From Camelus ferus (taxonomy: Eukaryota): a stretch of 64,000 nt of DNA. The stretch is from contig NC_045697.1 of the NCBI RefSeq assembly GCF_009834535.1, forward strand, positions 33,358,001 through 33,422,000, given 5' to 3'. Shown here one piece after another: positions 25,081-38,333 of this stretch. Each line of letters begins with the position of its first letter. Position 1 is the first letter of the stretch. The translations under genes and the position numbers were made by a program. The notes beneath the pieces are model-generated. The model searched no databases. It was not told the origin of the DNA and saw only the letters and a list, made by a program, of their open reading frames with translations.

Positions 25081-25547
25081 CTTGCATTTCCTTGAGGAAG
25101 GTCCTGGTAAATGCTGAATCGGATGTTAACAACTGGTTAGTTTCATCAGAGTGGTCAAATAAATGATCTTTTGAAACATAGCTGTTCACTGCTCTAACTC
25201 CTCGATAAACTTGGACTCAAACTGAAAATAAGCTTTGCTCACTTGATATAGTTAGGAAAATATGTCAGACGTGTTGTAGAAAGTACTTTTGGAAAAGGGA
25301 GAAGGAAGTGAGAGAGGACTAAAGGTGGAAGGGGTATAGAAGGGGAGGGACTGTGCACTGACCAGTGATGACAGCACACCACAGCCTGAGAGTTATGATG
25401 AACTCAACTCCATTTCAGAGAAATCAGGAGGGGAGAGGGAAAAAACCAACAACAACAGCAAGGACAAAAGTACATTCATCTTGTTTGCAGGCATCAAGCA
25501 AAATAAATAAATACAGCATATCCATATGTGAGTAAAGATAGTAAATA

Positions 25548-25693
25548 CAGTTGACCCTCGAACAAAATGGGTTTGAACTGCAGGGGTCCATTTACATGTG
25601 GATTATTTTCAATAGAAAAACTATAAATTATACAGAAATCTTTGACTGCTTAGAGGGTTACCTCCCAACCCCCACACTGTTCAAGGGCAACTG
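25548..25693. mobile_element. Tigger2-derived MITE (146 bp) with TA TSD
   Basis: TA|cagttgaccctcgaaca ... tgttcaagggcaactg|TA terminal inverted repeats. Confidence 0.9.
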
Positions 25694-27156
25694 TACATGT
25701 TTTTATAGGGTATATATAGTATCTCCCTCTCTCTCTCTTTCTGGCTATTCATGTTACTGCCAAGGGTGAGTAATACAGGACATTCAAACTATGTTCCTCT
25801 TTAATTTGCACAGCTATTTCAGTCTCTTACCTTCGACCTTTCCCCACAGAACTGTGTATATAGAAGACAGACTCACAACTTTTACTTGTCTCCTCTAAAC
25901 AGTGACGTACATCAATTTCATTGAGAAAAAAAGTGATGCCTTCTAAACGTGGACTTAAAGTAGAGAGTGAAACGTTTAGATTCCACCACAAAGGGTAATT
26001 TATACTTACATAAAATATTTTAAAATCCCACCATGACTTTAAGAAGGAAATATTTTCCTTTAAGGACTTAAGTCAGAAGTTTTAGTGGCATTCAATTATT
26101 TATAATAAGGAACGCAAAACAACATGGAAATCAGAGTGGCGTGGGCACTGAGCTAAGATTATTTTGAACAAAAAGAGAATGCACTTGATGTAAACTATAA
26201 TAATGATGCTATTTTATATCTCTATGAAAAGATTTTTTACAGTCAAACATCCATGATCTATATTCTATTATTAATAAAATTACCTCATTTATTACTCTTA
26301 TAGAAATAAATCTCCTAGATCTCCACTCTACTTAAAATTATTTAAGGTCTGTTCTTCAGCAAAAAAGGACTATGTATACAAGCACAGTAGCAGAATATTT
26401 CTGAGAAGAGCTTCCATCATGGTTTTTATCTATGCTGCCCTTTCAGCACAAAACATCGAGGAGACAAGACACTGAGAACAAAGAGCGATGCTGACTGTTT
26501 CTCACGTATTAGTCAAAATGAAACCTTAAATATCCTCTTTCAGAGTGTAGAGCGATCACTCATCCTCCACAGAACATACCTGGAATAATATTCCTTTAAA
26601 ATATTTTTTTTAATTTACAGTTTTACATTGTGCTAACTCATTTTCAGCGAAGAGATAAATTTAAACCAATGTCTTGATAAATATGTAAAATCCAAACTAT
26701 GGAGGCAAAGTTGTATGTGTTTTAAACCTTAGGTTATTAATCTTCATTTTATTGTCTCCCCTCTTAAAAAAAAACCAGAAATGTTAATGGAGCCTCTGCA
26801 TATCTTCTGTGAAATTATTCACTGAATAAAGAGAATAGAGGTGTACAGTGAATATATTGACTTGCATGGATTTTAGATTTAGATTTAGATTTGCTTAAGC
26901 GTAAAAAATATAAATTAATAAGGAATGAAGTATTCCCTATAAAATTGTGATTTATAATTATAGAATTATGCTCTTAATGGAAGAGCTTTCTATTTTTAAT
27001 ATTTGATAATAAATTGTAGAGGAAATTTTCCACCAATTTGTCCATAGATTAGTAAGTTTTAATGTAGTTGCAATGAAAAGGAATTTGCTAAGATTGAGGT
27101 GTTACCAAGAGAAGCCTGACACCTATGGTAAGACAACTTAGAAGGCTGCATTAACT

Positions 27157-27313
27157 CAGTGGTCTAGGGACAATGTTCCTTCACATAAATATGGGGTACA
27201 GATGCTTAGGATTCATGCATGAAGATCCTTGGTCACCAGACCTAAATGCAGGACCCTCACCCAAATGATTCTGCTGCAGGTTGTCCTTTGACCACACTTT
27301 GAGAAATTGCTTT
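27157..27313. mobile_element. MER5-type hAT-Charlie MITE
   Basis: 'ccaaatgattctgctgcaggttgtcctttgaccacactttgagaaa'. Confidence 0.75.
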
Positions 27314-28189
27314 AGATTCTGACCCCCATCCTTACAGACTCAGAAAGATGAAAAAAAATTAAGTACATCAAGTATGGATCTGTCTGGATCAGATGCATAC
27401 CACCCAAGTGCACGGGAAGCAATGTGCATAACAAAATGCTAACATATTAGTTAAAATGGAAACTAGAACTCATGCAAAGCAGCACACTAAGGTCACTCAG
27501 GCAGGCAATTATAATCAGAAAGCTGCTTAGAAAATATAGATTCAAAGCAAGATGATCTATGAGATTCAAATAAAATGGCATCAAGGTATAAACTGTTATT
27601 GATCTCACAAACAATCCTGTAAATTATGCAGAATTGTTATTGCCATCTCCATTTTTGTGAAAAATATGAATCTATACAAATGTACAAAGGACAAAACAAT
27701 CCTCTGTATTTCCATCACTCAGAATTACCAAATGTTAAAATTTTAGTATGTTTCATTCTTAAATACTTGAATTCCTTGATACTTAAATTTACGTAGTTTA
27801 TGTTATACATATGATAAATGCATATACTGTCCCATAGCTTATTCAACATTACAAAGTCCCTAGTGAAAACCCTTTAGTCCCTTCTCTCATTTGTAGTACA
27901 TTGCAAGTTGTTTTCTTGAGTCATGCATAAGCTGTCAGGAGTAATGTTCATTTGTACGAAAGTACTGAGGTGTCTGTTGCCATACTGTCACTGTCAGCTG
28001 TTGACTCACTCGGCTGCTACTGTCCATTTCGAATGTATCCACGAATATTGACAGCATGCTTACTCACTGTAGCAGCCAGAAGGATATCTTATATTTGTAG
28101 ATACAAACGAATAATATATGAGCAAAGTTTCACATAAAGATATTACAACTAGTAACTCATTCCAAAGACATGAACATAAACAGCAAGAG

Positions 28190-29200
28190 TTTAGCAAGTA
28201 AAAGAATCAGAAATGCCACACCTGAAAAAGAAGCTTACATTTTAACCAGAAAAACAAGTTTGATATATAAAAGGATATAATCTTTAGATGAAAGAATAAA
28301 AAATTTGCATATCTACTATGGTTCTAAAATAAGAATATCACAGCCTAAAATGGAGGTGGTTAAGAAAGGTTTTTTGGGAGAGGGGGATTCTGACCTAAAT
28401 CATAGTGGTCATGGGCAAAAATCAGTGAAGAGGAAATGGGAGATGTTCTTTGCTGAGAGCGCAGCGCACAAAGTCACTAAGGTGGAGACGAACCGGCTTT
28501 GTGTGGGCCTTGTCACGACACCACCTGGACTATGGCTCGTAACAATTCCTGAGGAGATTTAAAAAATGGGTGAGCTGTTTAATAGACTTTAACAGTAGAC
28601 ATTTTAAAAATGATTTTCGCAGGTTAGCTTTTCTTCAATGGTGTTTTGTAAAACATTGATGTTACTGCTATCTGTTAGATATGAATGCTAACCCCCTCCT
28701 TCTGCAAAATAAGAAAATATTCTGCTTGGGAACTGCCACCTACCATATGCCTTTATGACAATTTACAGTATTACCATATTGTAGTTTCTGTGGGTTGTGT
28801 GACAAGGAAAGGTCTTCACATTTGTTCCCTTAAGACACTGAATTCTTTTTTCGAATGATTAGTAATTTTTTTGGTTTGGTTAAATTTGCAGAAGATGGTG
28901 GGAATGAGTATAGATTCTTGAACCAGTGTGCATCACGGTAAAAAAAATCATGCTCCAGAGGCTGGAGCCTGCTGGAGGAAATGTGTGCAGGTGGAGAGGG
29001 GAAAGCAGGATTGTGTCAGGAAGTTAGTAGAGTGGCTAGTGCCCTAGTGAGGTGTGAGTTAATGAGGATGAGACCTGCACGGTGCAGAGGAGATGACAAG
29101 GAAAGGTGCAATCTGAGAGACTAGGAGGCAAAGGAAAAGAACATACTGATTACTTGGATATACAGGAATGAACGAAAGGGAGGGTCAAAACCAGCCCTGT
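28190..29200 (-). mobile_element. LINE-2 fragments (an unresolved older element may interrupt at about 28625-28860)
   Basis: Purine-rich reverse-L2-like text, e.g. 'gaggtggttaagaaaggttttttgggagagggggattctgacct' and 'tgattacttggatatacaggaatgaacgaaagggagg'. Confidence 0.6.
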
Positions 29201-29340
29201 GTTAGTAAACACCTACCAGCCTTTTCTCTTCGTTGTCTTCAAAAGGCAGAAAGGGATTAAAGAACTCAGTGGGGGCAAAAATATAGTTCTATGAATGGAT
29301 ATGTAGATGCTATGCAGAATAAAAGTAGAGTTAATGAATT

Positions 29341-29530
29341 TGACAACAAGGACCTACTGTATAGCACAGGAAACTGTATTCAATTTCTTATAATAATATA
29401 TAATGGGAAAGAATCTGAAAAAAAAATATATATATATGTGTATGTATGTGTGTAACTGAATTGCTTTGCTGTACACCTGAAACTAACATTGTAAATTCAC
29501 TACACTGCAATAAAAAGCAAAATTTTAAAA
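29341..29530 (+). mobile_element. Short L1 3' end (cetartiodactyl type)
   Basis: 'aacaaggacctactgtatagcacagg...gaatctgaaaaa...gctgtacacctgaaactaacattgtaaa...aataaaaa'. Possible TSD taatgaatt at 29332-29340 and 29535-29543. Confidence 0.9.
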
Positions 29531-29742
29531 ATACTAATGAATTCAAATAGAGTGGAATATAAATAGTAAATTAATCAGGGTGATGATCCAATGTTGGGTC
29601 ATTCATTATATATGTGTGTGTGTGTGTATATGTATCTGTTCTATATACAAATAAATATTACTATTTATAAATAAATTCACCTTATTATATAAATAATACC
29701 ACCTTATCATCATACATATATACATACTTGTATGCACAGATA

Positions 29743-29743
29743 C

Positions 29744-29826
<83 letters not shown>
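29743..29826. repeat. Compound (TG)n/(TA)n/(CA)n microsatellite
   Basis: Seen directly. It explains the low-complexity ORFs at 29606-29994. Confidence 0.95.
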
Positions 29827-30154
29827 ATCAGCTTTTTGTATCCAAGGGTCCTGTACCAGTGGATTCAACCAACCACAAATCAAAAATATTCAGGAAAAAA
29901 AAATTCAGGAAAAATTTCCAGAAAGTTCCTAAAAGCAAAACTTGAATTTGTCACATGCCCTACAACTATTTACATATCATTTGCATTGCATTAGGTATTG
30001 TAAGTAATCTAGAGATGATTCAAAGTATATGGGAGCCTCTGTGTAGATTATATGCAAATATGATGCCATTTTATATAAGGGACTTGAGCATCCACAAATT
30101 TTAGTATCCTTAGGGTGATCCTGGAACTAATGGCCATGGATACCAAAGGATGAT
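29825..30154 (-). mobile_element. MER2 (TcMar-Tigger) DNA transposon MITE
   Basis: 'taagtaatctagagatgattcaaagtata...ccattttatataagggacttgagcatcc' is the reverse of the MER2 consensus. Confidence 0.9.
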
Positions 30155-31799
30155 ATATTAATAGTATGTTAAATAATATTTTTATGTTTTTGAACTGTAA
30201 GGATTGGAACTCAAAGAAAGGAGATTTTAATATTGAGGTAGAAGACATATAAACAGGAAAATATACATAAAATAAATATAGAAAACATATACTAAAATTT
30301 ATAATTCATGGCTTAGTGTTCATAGGAAAAAATGATGCTACAATTAATTTTTCTTGAGGCATGTGATGCCACAAAATGTAAGAGGGAAAAAACATAAGAT
30401 TCTCTATCCACTGCCAGTCCTGGTGTCCTGTGGAATGACACAGTGAGAGAAGTCAGGCAATAGTAATTTCAATCACTTCAAGATTGATCTATTTTCAATT
30501 GCAAGCTCAGTCTGGTAAAAGGTGTTATAATGGCAGCTTGAGATTCTGGACGTAAGGTAGACCACGAGAAGCAGTAATTTAAAGTTGTCTACACATAATC
30601 CTCTACCTTGATGGAGACAGAATCACTATGGGCATTCAATTATTGGACTCCTTTTTTTGTTTACACTAATGCTACTTAATTTGAATTTTGCCTGTAGAGT
30701 GAAGGGTCCTTTGTGTAATTTTTATCTATGCCTTCAGTAGGTAAGATATACAGGGTGTTATCCTTCAGTTACATAATGTGACACTAAGCCATCGTCACTA
30801 TGGCACTAGGAAATGTACAGTATTTATGTAGATGATATTATCAACAATGTGTAGAGCATTTTACCACTTTATAAAGTTCTCTACATCATTACTATCTCAT
30901 TTGGTATTTGACAATAGCATTATGTTTTAAATTATAGACAACTGATTGAGTGCTTCCTCATGACTGTGGCAAGCGCTATGTAGCTCTCGCTTTATAGCAG
31001 GAATTTTTCAGTCTTGGATCAAGCATATCATCCTGAGTATTAAGTTCACACAGTACTGTATTCAAAATGTTCTGTTTCCTTTTCTTAATAAACAATATGA
31101 GCTCATTCTGCATTACCTGAATGATCATCTTACAACTGAATACTGATACATTTCAGGTCCTGCTTTGGAATTTAAGTTTGCAATCACACATTTTCTACCA
31201 AGTGAGACCCTAAAATAATAACATTTAACATTAAATGCAACACTTCTCAAACTGAAGTCCAAAACCCAGATAGCTGTAGATATATTCTTGAAATGCTGAA
31301 TACTTGGGGTACAGATTTCAGTTTCAGAGAACAGAATCCCCTGAAGTTAGTTTAAGTAGAAAAAGATTTAGTGTAGAAAATCATTAAGTGATTTTCAGAA
31401 TCCCAAGGAAGTCAAAAGAAATGCGGTCTTTTGGAATGATTCCCAAAGATGCAACAGAAATAGGCTGCCAAGGGAAATGCTGCTGCTTCACCATGAAGGT
31501 GCTGCCTGCAGAGATGGCAAACTGATGCCACAGCTCCTGGCTGGAGACGCACACACCCTTTGCTACGATACACACCAGCACTCAAGTGTATTGGATCAGT
31601 GTATTGACAGTATCTTTGTGTGTCCTCCAGACACAGAGTTTAGCATGAAGGAGATGATCAACTAATATTTGTTAGAGATGAATGGGTATTCTTTTTCCTC
31701 TATTTATATTAATGAAAGTCCTTCTGGGCAAATGCCTACAGGAATTCAGAGAGTTAATCATGGCCATGGAGAAAAGCGGAATAGCAATACAGTTAGACA

Positions 31800-32231
31800 T
31801 ATTGGGTTGTAAACTTTTGTTATTGTTTAATGTAATCAGCCCCAGTGGTACAACATAATCCCTGAAACTTCAGTGATTTAAGAGAGTGGTAGTTTATGTT
31901 TTACACGTGCGTGAACATTACAGGCAGCAGGAGGATTGAGGGTTGCCCTGCTTCTTAGCTCATTCAGGGACCAGAGACGTCAGGAGAAAGGCACTGACAA
32001 TAGTTAAAACTGCAGCCCAGATCAACCAGTTGACGCCTGGGGAGGTGAAGGTGTCAAAGGTCCAGGCCTTGAAGTGATGCAATAGCTTCCATTCACCGCC
32101 CCCCATTGACAAGCATGATCCTGCATTTCCACGTGACTACAGCGAAGCCAGCGAGTACAGCAGAGCTGTTTATTTTATCTTCAGGAGGAATAGGAAATAG
32201 ATTTAGATGAAAATAGCTGACTTTGTGACAG
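31800..32231 (-). mobile_element. Old MaLR LTR (MLT1J/K/L-like)
   Basis: 'ccctgaaacttcagtgatttaa...gtttatgtttt' and 'ccaggccttgaagtgatgcaatagcttccattcac'. Confidence 0.65.
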
Positions 32232-33164
32232 TGTTGGAAAAGAAACCATAGCATTTGGTTTATAAAAACCATTACGTTAAATTGTATCATGAACGCTCTT
32301 TTTGAGAGACAGTCATGAATAATATAGACAAAAACATGATCTGTAAAAGCAGGAACAGTAGGACTTTAAATATCCCTCTGTGACCACAGTGTTGAGGCTT
32401 AATATATCTTTGGACAGTCAATAAACAGCTTGTTGAGATTTCTTTTCCACATCACACACCAAGGTCATTCCCACTGCACTAAGTATCAAAGCATTTTCCA
32501 AGGGAAGCAGGTTGTAGTTGCCACCTCCCCCAAATTAGCTATTTTCTGCTTCTTGACAAAGTGTACTCCTCCTCCATCAATTAGCTGTGTTTCATGGGAG
32601 TGTTATTTAACTGACACTGATATAAATTTTCAGTCTCTAAGTTGGAAACTTAAAAGAGATTAATGTTGAATCTAAGTGAAGGTATGCAAAACCCCAAAAT
32701 AATAAATGAGAATTGTGAAGAGCTGAAAGAAATCCAAGGGCATGTGATGGGTAAAGACTTGTAGAAAGGAAGCAAAATTCTATAGATGACGTATGTGTTC
32801 ACTTTTATACATTTTGTCCTTCTAGCCTTAGCATGTTTTCAAGAAAACAGACCATTTTAAGTGGACCCACAAATACGATTTTTCAAAGAAATTCTTAATT
32901 ATTTTCACTATATTTGCTTAGTGTGGCATATTTACCTTCCATCAGCAATAAATCACGTCAGATGTAAGAACCACTAACTTTTTTATTGTCACTGGCGTAG
33001 TTAAATCCGAAATTCAAGTGTCCATAGATGAGTAACGCAAAGTTAGAAATTTTGCTGGGCTAGAGAGGCTTTCCCAGCAGAAAGATCTGGCTTTTCATTG
33101 GGATTCCGTAAGACATCAATGTGTATAGACCATTACACGTTAAGGTGATAATTGAAACAATTTT

Positions 33165-33620
33165 TATTCATCTTTCACCATTCACTATCCAATATTCTGG
33201 GATATAGCAGTGATAAAAAGACTGGTAAGGAGTCTGCATTCATGGATTTTCAGTTCCAGTGCAGTAACAGACAGTAGGAATATAAATAGACAAATGAAAT
33301 AAAGCAGATAGTAATATGTGCTTAGAGAAAATAAGACAGAGAAATGTGACAGAGACTGACGGTAGTGGTGTACGACATTACACAGAGGAGTTAGGAAAGC
33401 TCTCTCGTGAGGTGACATCCATGCTGAGATCTGAACGACAGAGTTGTCAGCCATGTGAAAATCTGGAGGAAAGGCTCTCCAGGGAGAAGCAAGTCTGGAG
33501 GCCGTGATGACAGAATCAGCTTGGTTTATTTGCAGAATCGAGAGACAGGGAATGTGGCTAGAGACTAGAATGAGGGGGAAAGGGCTGGGGAAGAGACTGA
33601 AAAGGAAGCCTGGGTACCAT
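33165..33620 (-). mobile_element. LINE-2 3' region
   Basis: 'ctgggatatagcagtgataaaa...ggagttaggaaagctctctcgtgaggtgacatccatgctgagatctgaa'. Confidence 0.85.
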
Positions 33621-33896
33621 CTTTAGCAATGATTCCCTGGTCCCTCTGCTTGACGGGAGGCCTCCAGAGAAAGGCAGCTATCTGGAACTAATGATATAAG
33701 AATATTCTTAGGTATGCTACATGTGAATTATTTTTCTTTATGTTAATTTTTCTCAAATATGGCTATATCTATTCGTTTTAGAACTTTTAGAAAATACAGC
33801 AAAGTATAAAAACTCAAAATTATCTTAAATCCCAAACCTGCAAGTAACCACTATGAGGCTTTTCTTTTTATGCTTACTTTTCCTAGGTATTTAGGG

Positions 33897-34218
33897 TAGA
33901 GGCCAACAAACTCTTTTTGCAAAGACCTAAATAGTAAATATTTTAGGCTTTGCAGGTTATATGACTTCTGTCACCACTACTCAGCTCCACTGTTGTACCT
34001 GAAATCAGCCAAAAACAAATGTAAATAAAAGGATCATGACTGTATTTCCGATAAAATTTTATTCATGGACACTTAAATTTGTATTTCATACAATTTTCAT
34101 GTGTGACCAAATATTATTCAACCCTGTAAATATTCTGAAGAGCGTTCTTAGCTGGCTGATTGTACAAAAACAGGCAGCCAGCCAAATTTAATGAGGGCCA
34201 TATCAAGCCTACCCTTAG
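33897..34218. mobile_element. MER58B-like hAT-Charlie MITE
   Basis: 'atagtaaatattttaggctttgcagg...tctgtcaccactactcagctcc...ataaaattttattcatggacact'. Confidence 0.85.
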
Positions 34219-34399
34219 TTTAGACACATAGATGTATATATTGCTTTGTCCATCTATCTGCATATATATATGCATGATATAAACAATTAATCAAAAAAAA
34301 TCAAGACCAAATGATATATACTTGTTTTAGAAACTTTTAGTCTCATTAATTTCTGTCTCATTCTATGGCTGGTGAAAAGAACATATGTCCCATCTTTTT

Positions 34400-34628
34400 T
34401 GCTGCTACCCAGACCCATATGGCTAGTTGAGTTTACTGGATGAGGTATGGAAGACTGAGGGTGAAGCCTGAAGTCTCTGATGGAGTGGGCAGGGCCACCA
34501 CAGCAAAGCAGACTGAGGCCCTGAGTCTCCTCTTGCACAGCAGTAGTTGAATGAAGGAAAAATGAATCTGTATGCTTTAAGCCTCTGACCTTTTGATATG
34601 TTATTGCAGCAGATCCTAATCTAATACA
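34400..34628 (+). mobile_element. MaLR LTR 3' part (MLT1H/I/J-like)
   Basis: Ends 'ctttaagcctctga...tgttattgcagcagatcctaatctaataca'. Confidence 0.65.
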
Positions 34629-34629
34629 G

Positions 34630-35478
34630 TGTTGCTTCTATCTGACGTTTAGCCTTTAATAATGTATTCTGAAAAATCATCTTTCAAAACAGTATGTTGA
34701 GGGCAGTAAATTGTTTCATTATTAGCATCCACTATAATGTGTATAGCCAATCATTTAATTACTTTTTCAGACTTGAGTTATTTTCTGATTTTTGCCCAGT
34801 ATTAACTCAGCCATAGTAAAAAGATCTGTGGATAAATATCAACATTTTATTCTTATGTATTTATGAATTCTGGAAATATAATCATTCAGATAAAGTGCTG
34901 AATATTTTAAGGACCACTGATAAATATTCGCAAATTATTCATCATACAGTTTGTGACATTTAAAACTCTTGTTGGCCATATATGTTCTTTAACCACTTCA
35001 TTATCATTAGTCAGTATGTCAGTATGGTTTTTAAAATATTGTTTGAGGTACTTCTTTGTACCAGTTTGCATTTCTTAGCTAGTAAGGTTGAACTCTTTTC
35101 ACATATTTATTGGTCTCTTGAGTTTCCTTTTTTATACATAGTTCATTCCGGTCCTTTGCTCCTTCCTCTACTGAGGTATTCATCTGTTTCTTAGTGATTG
35201 ATAATATTATCTTTTCATCAGTAATGGTACTTTATCTACCCTTTGCCATATCTGCTACAACTACTATTCTAGGTTTTCATTTGCCTGTTATTTTACTTAA
35301 TGTGGTATATTGTCCTCATGTACGTAGGTTTTTTTTTTAGTTGGTTTTTTAAGTCTGTCAGTTTCTTTTTTATGATTTTTTTCATTCATTTTTATGCTTA
35401 TGATGTTCTTTTCCATCTCAAGACTGATTCCTATCTGCTAGTGCATTCTTCTTGTTCTTCTGTAGTTTTATTTTTACC
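34630..35478 (-). mobile_element. Ancient L1 (L1ME-like) fragment; a further piece probably lies at about 33720-33890
   Basis: 'tttgcatttcttagctagtaaggttgaactcttttcacatatttattggtc' is the reverse L1 ORF2 3' region. Confidence 0.7.
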
Positions 35479-35480
35479 TT

Positions 35481-35953
35481 TAGTAGGTAGTCAAAGGAGG
35501 CCCTCCCAAAGGTGTCCATGTCTTAATCCACAATCCTGTGAATATGTTATCTAGGATGGCAAAAGGGACTTCACAGATGTGAGTAAGTTAAGAATATTGA
35601 GATGGGGAGATTATCTTGGATTATCCATGTAGGACCAATGTACTCACAAGGGTCCTCATAAGAGGGAGGCAGGAGTTTCCGGTCAGAGAAAGAGATATGA
35701 TAATGGAATCAGAGGTCATACTGATGTGACCACTAGTCAAGGAATGTAGGCAGCCTCCAGCAGCTGGAAAAGGCAAGGAACAGATTCTCCTCAAGCGTCT
35801 CCACAGGGATGTGGCTCCAATGACACCTTGATTTTCTCCTCCTAAGGCTCGTTTCAGACTTCTAACCTCCAGAACTGCAAGAGAATAGGTCTGTGCTGTT
35901 TTCAGACCCTCAGTTTGTGGTAACTGGTTAAAGCAGCAACAGGAAACTCAGCA
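35481..35953 (+). mobile_element. MaLR LTR (MLT1C/MLT1D-like)
   Basis: 'cctgtgaatatgtta...atggcaaaagggacttcacagatgtg...ttgagatggggagattatcttggattatcc...gctggaaaaggcaaggaacagattctcc...ctccagaactg'. Confidence 0.9.
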
Positions 35954-36582
35954 TTTAGTCTACTTGGAAATTATTTTTTATAGATGCAAAAATGAGATTT
36001 ATTTTCATAAGAGTAAGAAAACAAGAAGGGTCTCTGAAACAGCTTATGTACATCTGAGAAACAAAGGATTCTCTAAGAAGTTATGAGGAGCTGTTAAGGG
36101 TATGCTTTTAATAAAAAAACCGATAAGAATTTTGAGGTTCTGGTGTGTCTGAACCTGTAACTCAGTTAGACTGGTTCAGGGACTTTAAACTTGGTGATAT
36201 GTAATAAAGAAAGAGAGAGGTGCCTAGGGAACCCTGCCAGGTAAATTCAGTCCCAACTTGATCACAACATATGTTCTACTTCAGGATAAAGTGTTCTCAA
36301 CTGGGGCCATTCTGGGACCTGCTGACTCCTGGCTTTTGCAATCCTTCTCCATCTTTCAGACTACCAGTGATATATTTCTACTGAAGGTCACCTACAAAAG
36401 GATCTAGAAACACTAGCTAAAACAAACAGTTCTATAAATATGTTTCAAAGCTCAATTTTATTATTTTATGGTATCTGATAACAACATTGGAAATCATAGA
36501 GGTTACTGCTATCAGTTTGGTGTCTGTAAATTTCAAGTCTCTTGACTATTTGAACATAGTATTTCTCCCTTCAGTTTTGGAA

Positions 36583-36606
36583 TGTGTGTGTGTGTGTGTG
36601 TGTGTG
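36583..36606. repeat. (TG)n microsatellite
   Basis: Seen directly. Confidence 0.95.
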
Positions 36607-36669
36607 GATTTTGTGTCCATTCTTTTCTTATCCACGGTCCCCAATTAATTGAAATATTCTTCCTCAGCA

Positions 36670-36835
36670 AGAGAGCTGTTTGCAGGGGTTGAGTTGAGTT
36701 CTAAAGTCAGACTGCCTGGTTTGAATCTTCCTCTACCATTTAGCCTGTCACCTTAGCAATATACTGACTCTCTCTGAACCTGAATTTCCTCTTCTATGAA
36801 ATGGAGACCATCATAGGAACTACCTCATGAAAATA
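36670..36835 (+). mobile_element. MIR SINE
   Basis: 'agtcagactgcctggtttgaatctt...ctctctgaacctgaatttcctcttctatgaaatgg'. Confidence 0.85.
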
Positions 36836-37174
36836 ATTTGAGCCTTACATTGGATACTAAAGGTACAATATTTGGGCAGGGTCAAATGCAAAGTTTACAC
36901 TTGGTGAATTTTGGTTATTTATTCTTTCTCCCTCCTCATAACCATTTTGAACCTTATCTACCCCTCAGTGTCCAAACTAACCATCATTCAAAACTTACCT
37001 CTAGTCATCATATATTGTAACACTCCTCGGTTCCTTGGAACGTTCATAAACCAGTATATTAAAATCAGATATTTTTACCTCATTGGATTCGTAATAATAT
37101 ACTACTTAATTTTTAATTTTTATTTTTTACATTTTTTTATTTAACAAGTGTCTGTTCAATAACAAGTAATTGTT

Positions 37175-37330
37175 GGGATCTCTGTCACCCAGTTTCCTAA
37201 TATGTAATGTGGGGATGATAACAGTATTTACAGGCTTATTGTGAAAACTGAATGAGTTTATGAGTGTACAATGCTTGGCACAATGTCTGCCACATAGGAA
37301 AGGCTAAATAAACGTTATTTTTACTAGAAT
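37175..37330 (+). mobile_element. MIR SINE 3' half
   Basis: 'cagtttcctaatatgtaatgtggggatgataacagta...atgcttggcacaatgtctgccacatagga'. Confidence 0.8.
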
Positions 37331-38169
37331 TATTATATGCTAACACTGTAAATTATTTTACATTATGAAAAGACCACACATGTCTTAAAAAGGCCTCCTG
37401 CCTATGCCTTCTTTGTACCACATTGTAAGTTTCCAACAGATATCAAGTCAATGAATGTGAGATGCACAGATGGATTGTGGAAAATTAATATTTGGATATG
37501 GAGTCATTTCAGGGAAAATTTGATGTGTGACATGTGAATATATATATATTTCAAAAGAAAATAGAAAAAAATGAGGAAAGTATAAACACCCTGTTTGTCT
37601 CTGCATGCAACCGGTTGAGAGGATTTTGGCTGCCTGCCCATAAAGGTGACAGGAATGAAAGCCATGGGAGCCACAACGAGTGATCCTTACAAGAAACAGC
37701 CAGGAATGGTCTGAAAGCACGCAGGCTGCAGGGTGTTTATGTGCATGCCCGTGCTAACACTGCAACAAAGTCAGTAAGAAGGGAGATGTGACAGGGCTGA
37801 TAGGATTTGTGTGTAAGAAGGAACTTAGCTTGTGAAATATGAAAGAAATTCCCTTTTCTTATAATGCCATGGGAAAAGCAGAACTTACTCGTAAGCTGGG
37901 AAATTTGGCAGAAGTATAATTTGAGAAGAAGCCAAAAAGTAAATTTCCCGTGATAACAAAGGACATCTCTAACGCGCATCCTAATTATCAGTGCCCAGCT
38001 ATCTTTAGGGGAAGTCTCCTCTGGAAGGTCTGCTCCTTTCTAGCTGTATCTGTCAATCAGGAGAGAAAAAGAGAGCAATCCAGCCTCCAGGAAGTGCTCA
38101 TTCTTACATATTCCAGGATGTACATGTTCTCTTGTCTTGAGAGTCTGTTCATCTGAGTGTATTATTTTC

Positions 38170-38291
38170 AATACCATTCATTCTCTCATTAGTTCAACAA
38201 ACATTTATTTAACAAGCATTGATTGAGCACTATTCTATGACAATGTACTGTCAGATATCCTGAGAATGTATTTGTTTCTAAAATAATGACC

Positions 38292-38333
<42 letters not shown>

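Noticed and set aside
29606..29994. Four ORFs with CVCV/YIYI/THTH runs
   Set aside because: Translations of dinucleotide microsatellites.
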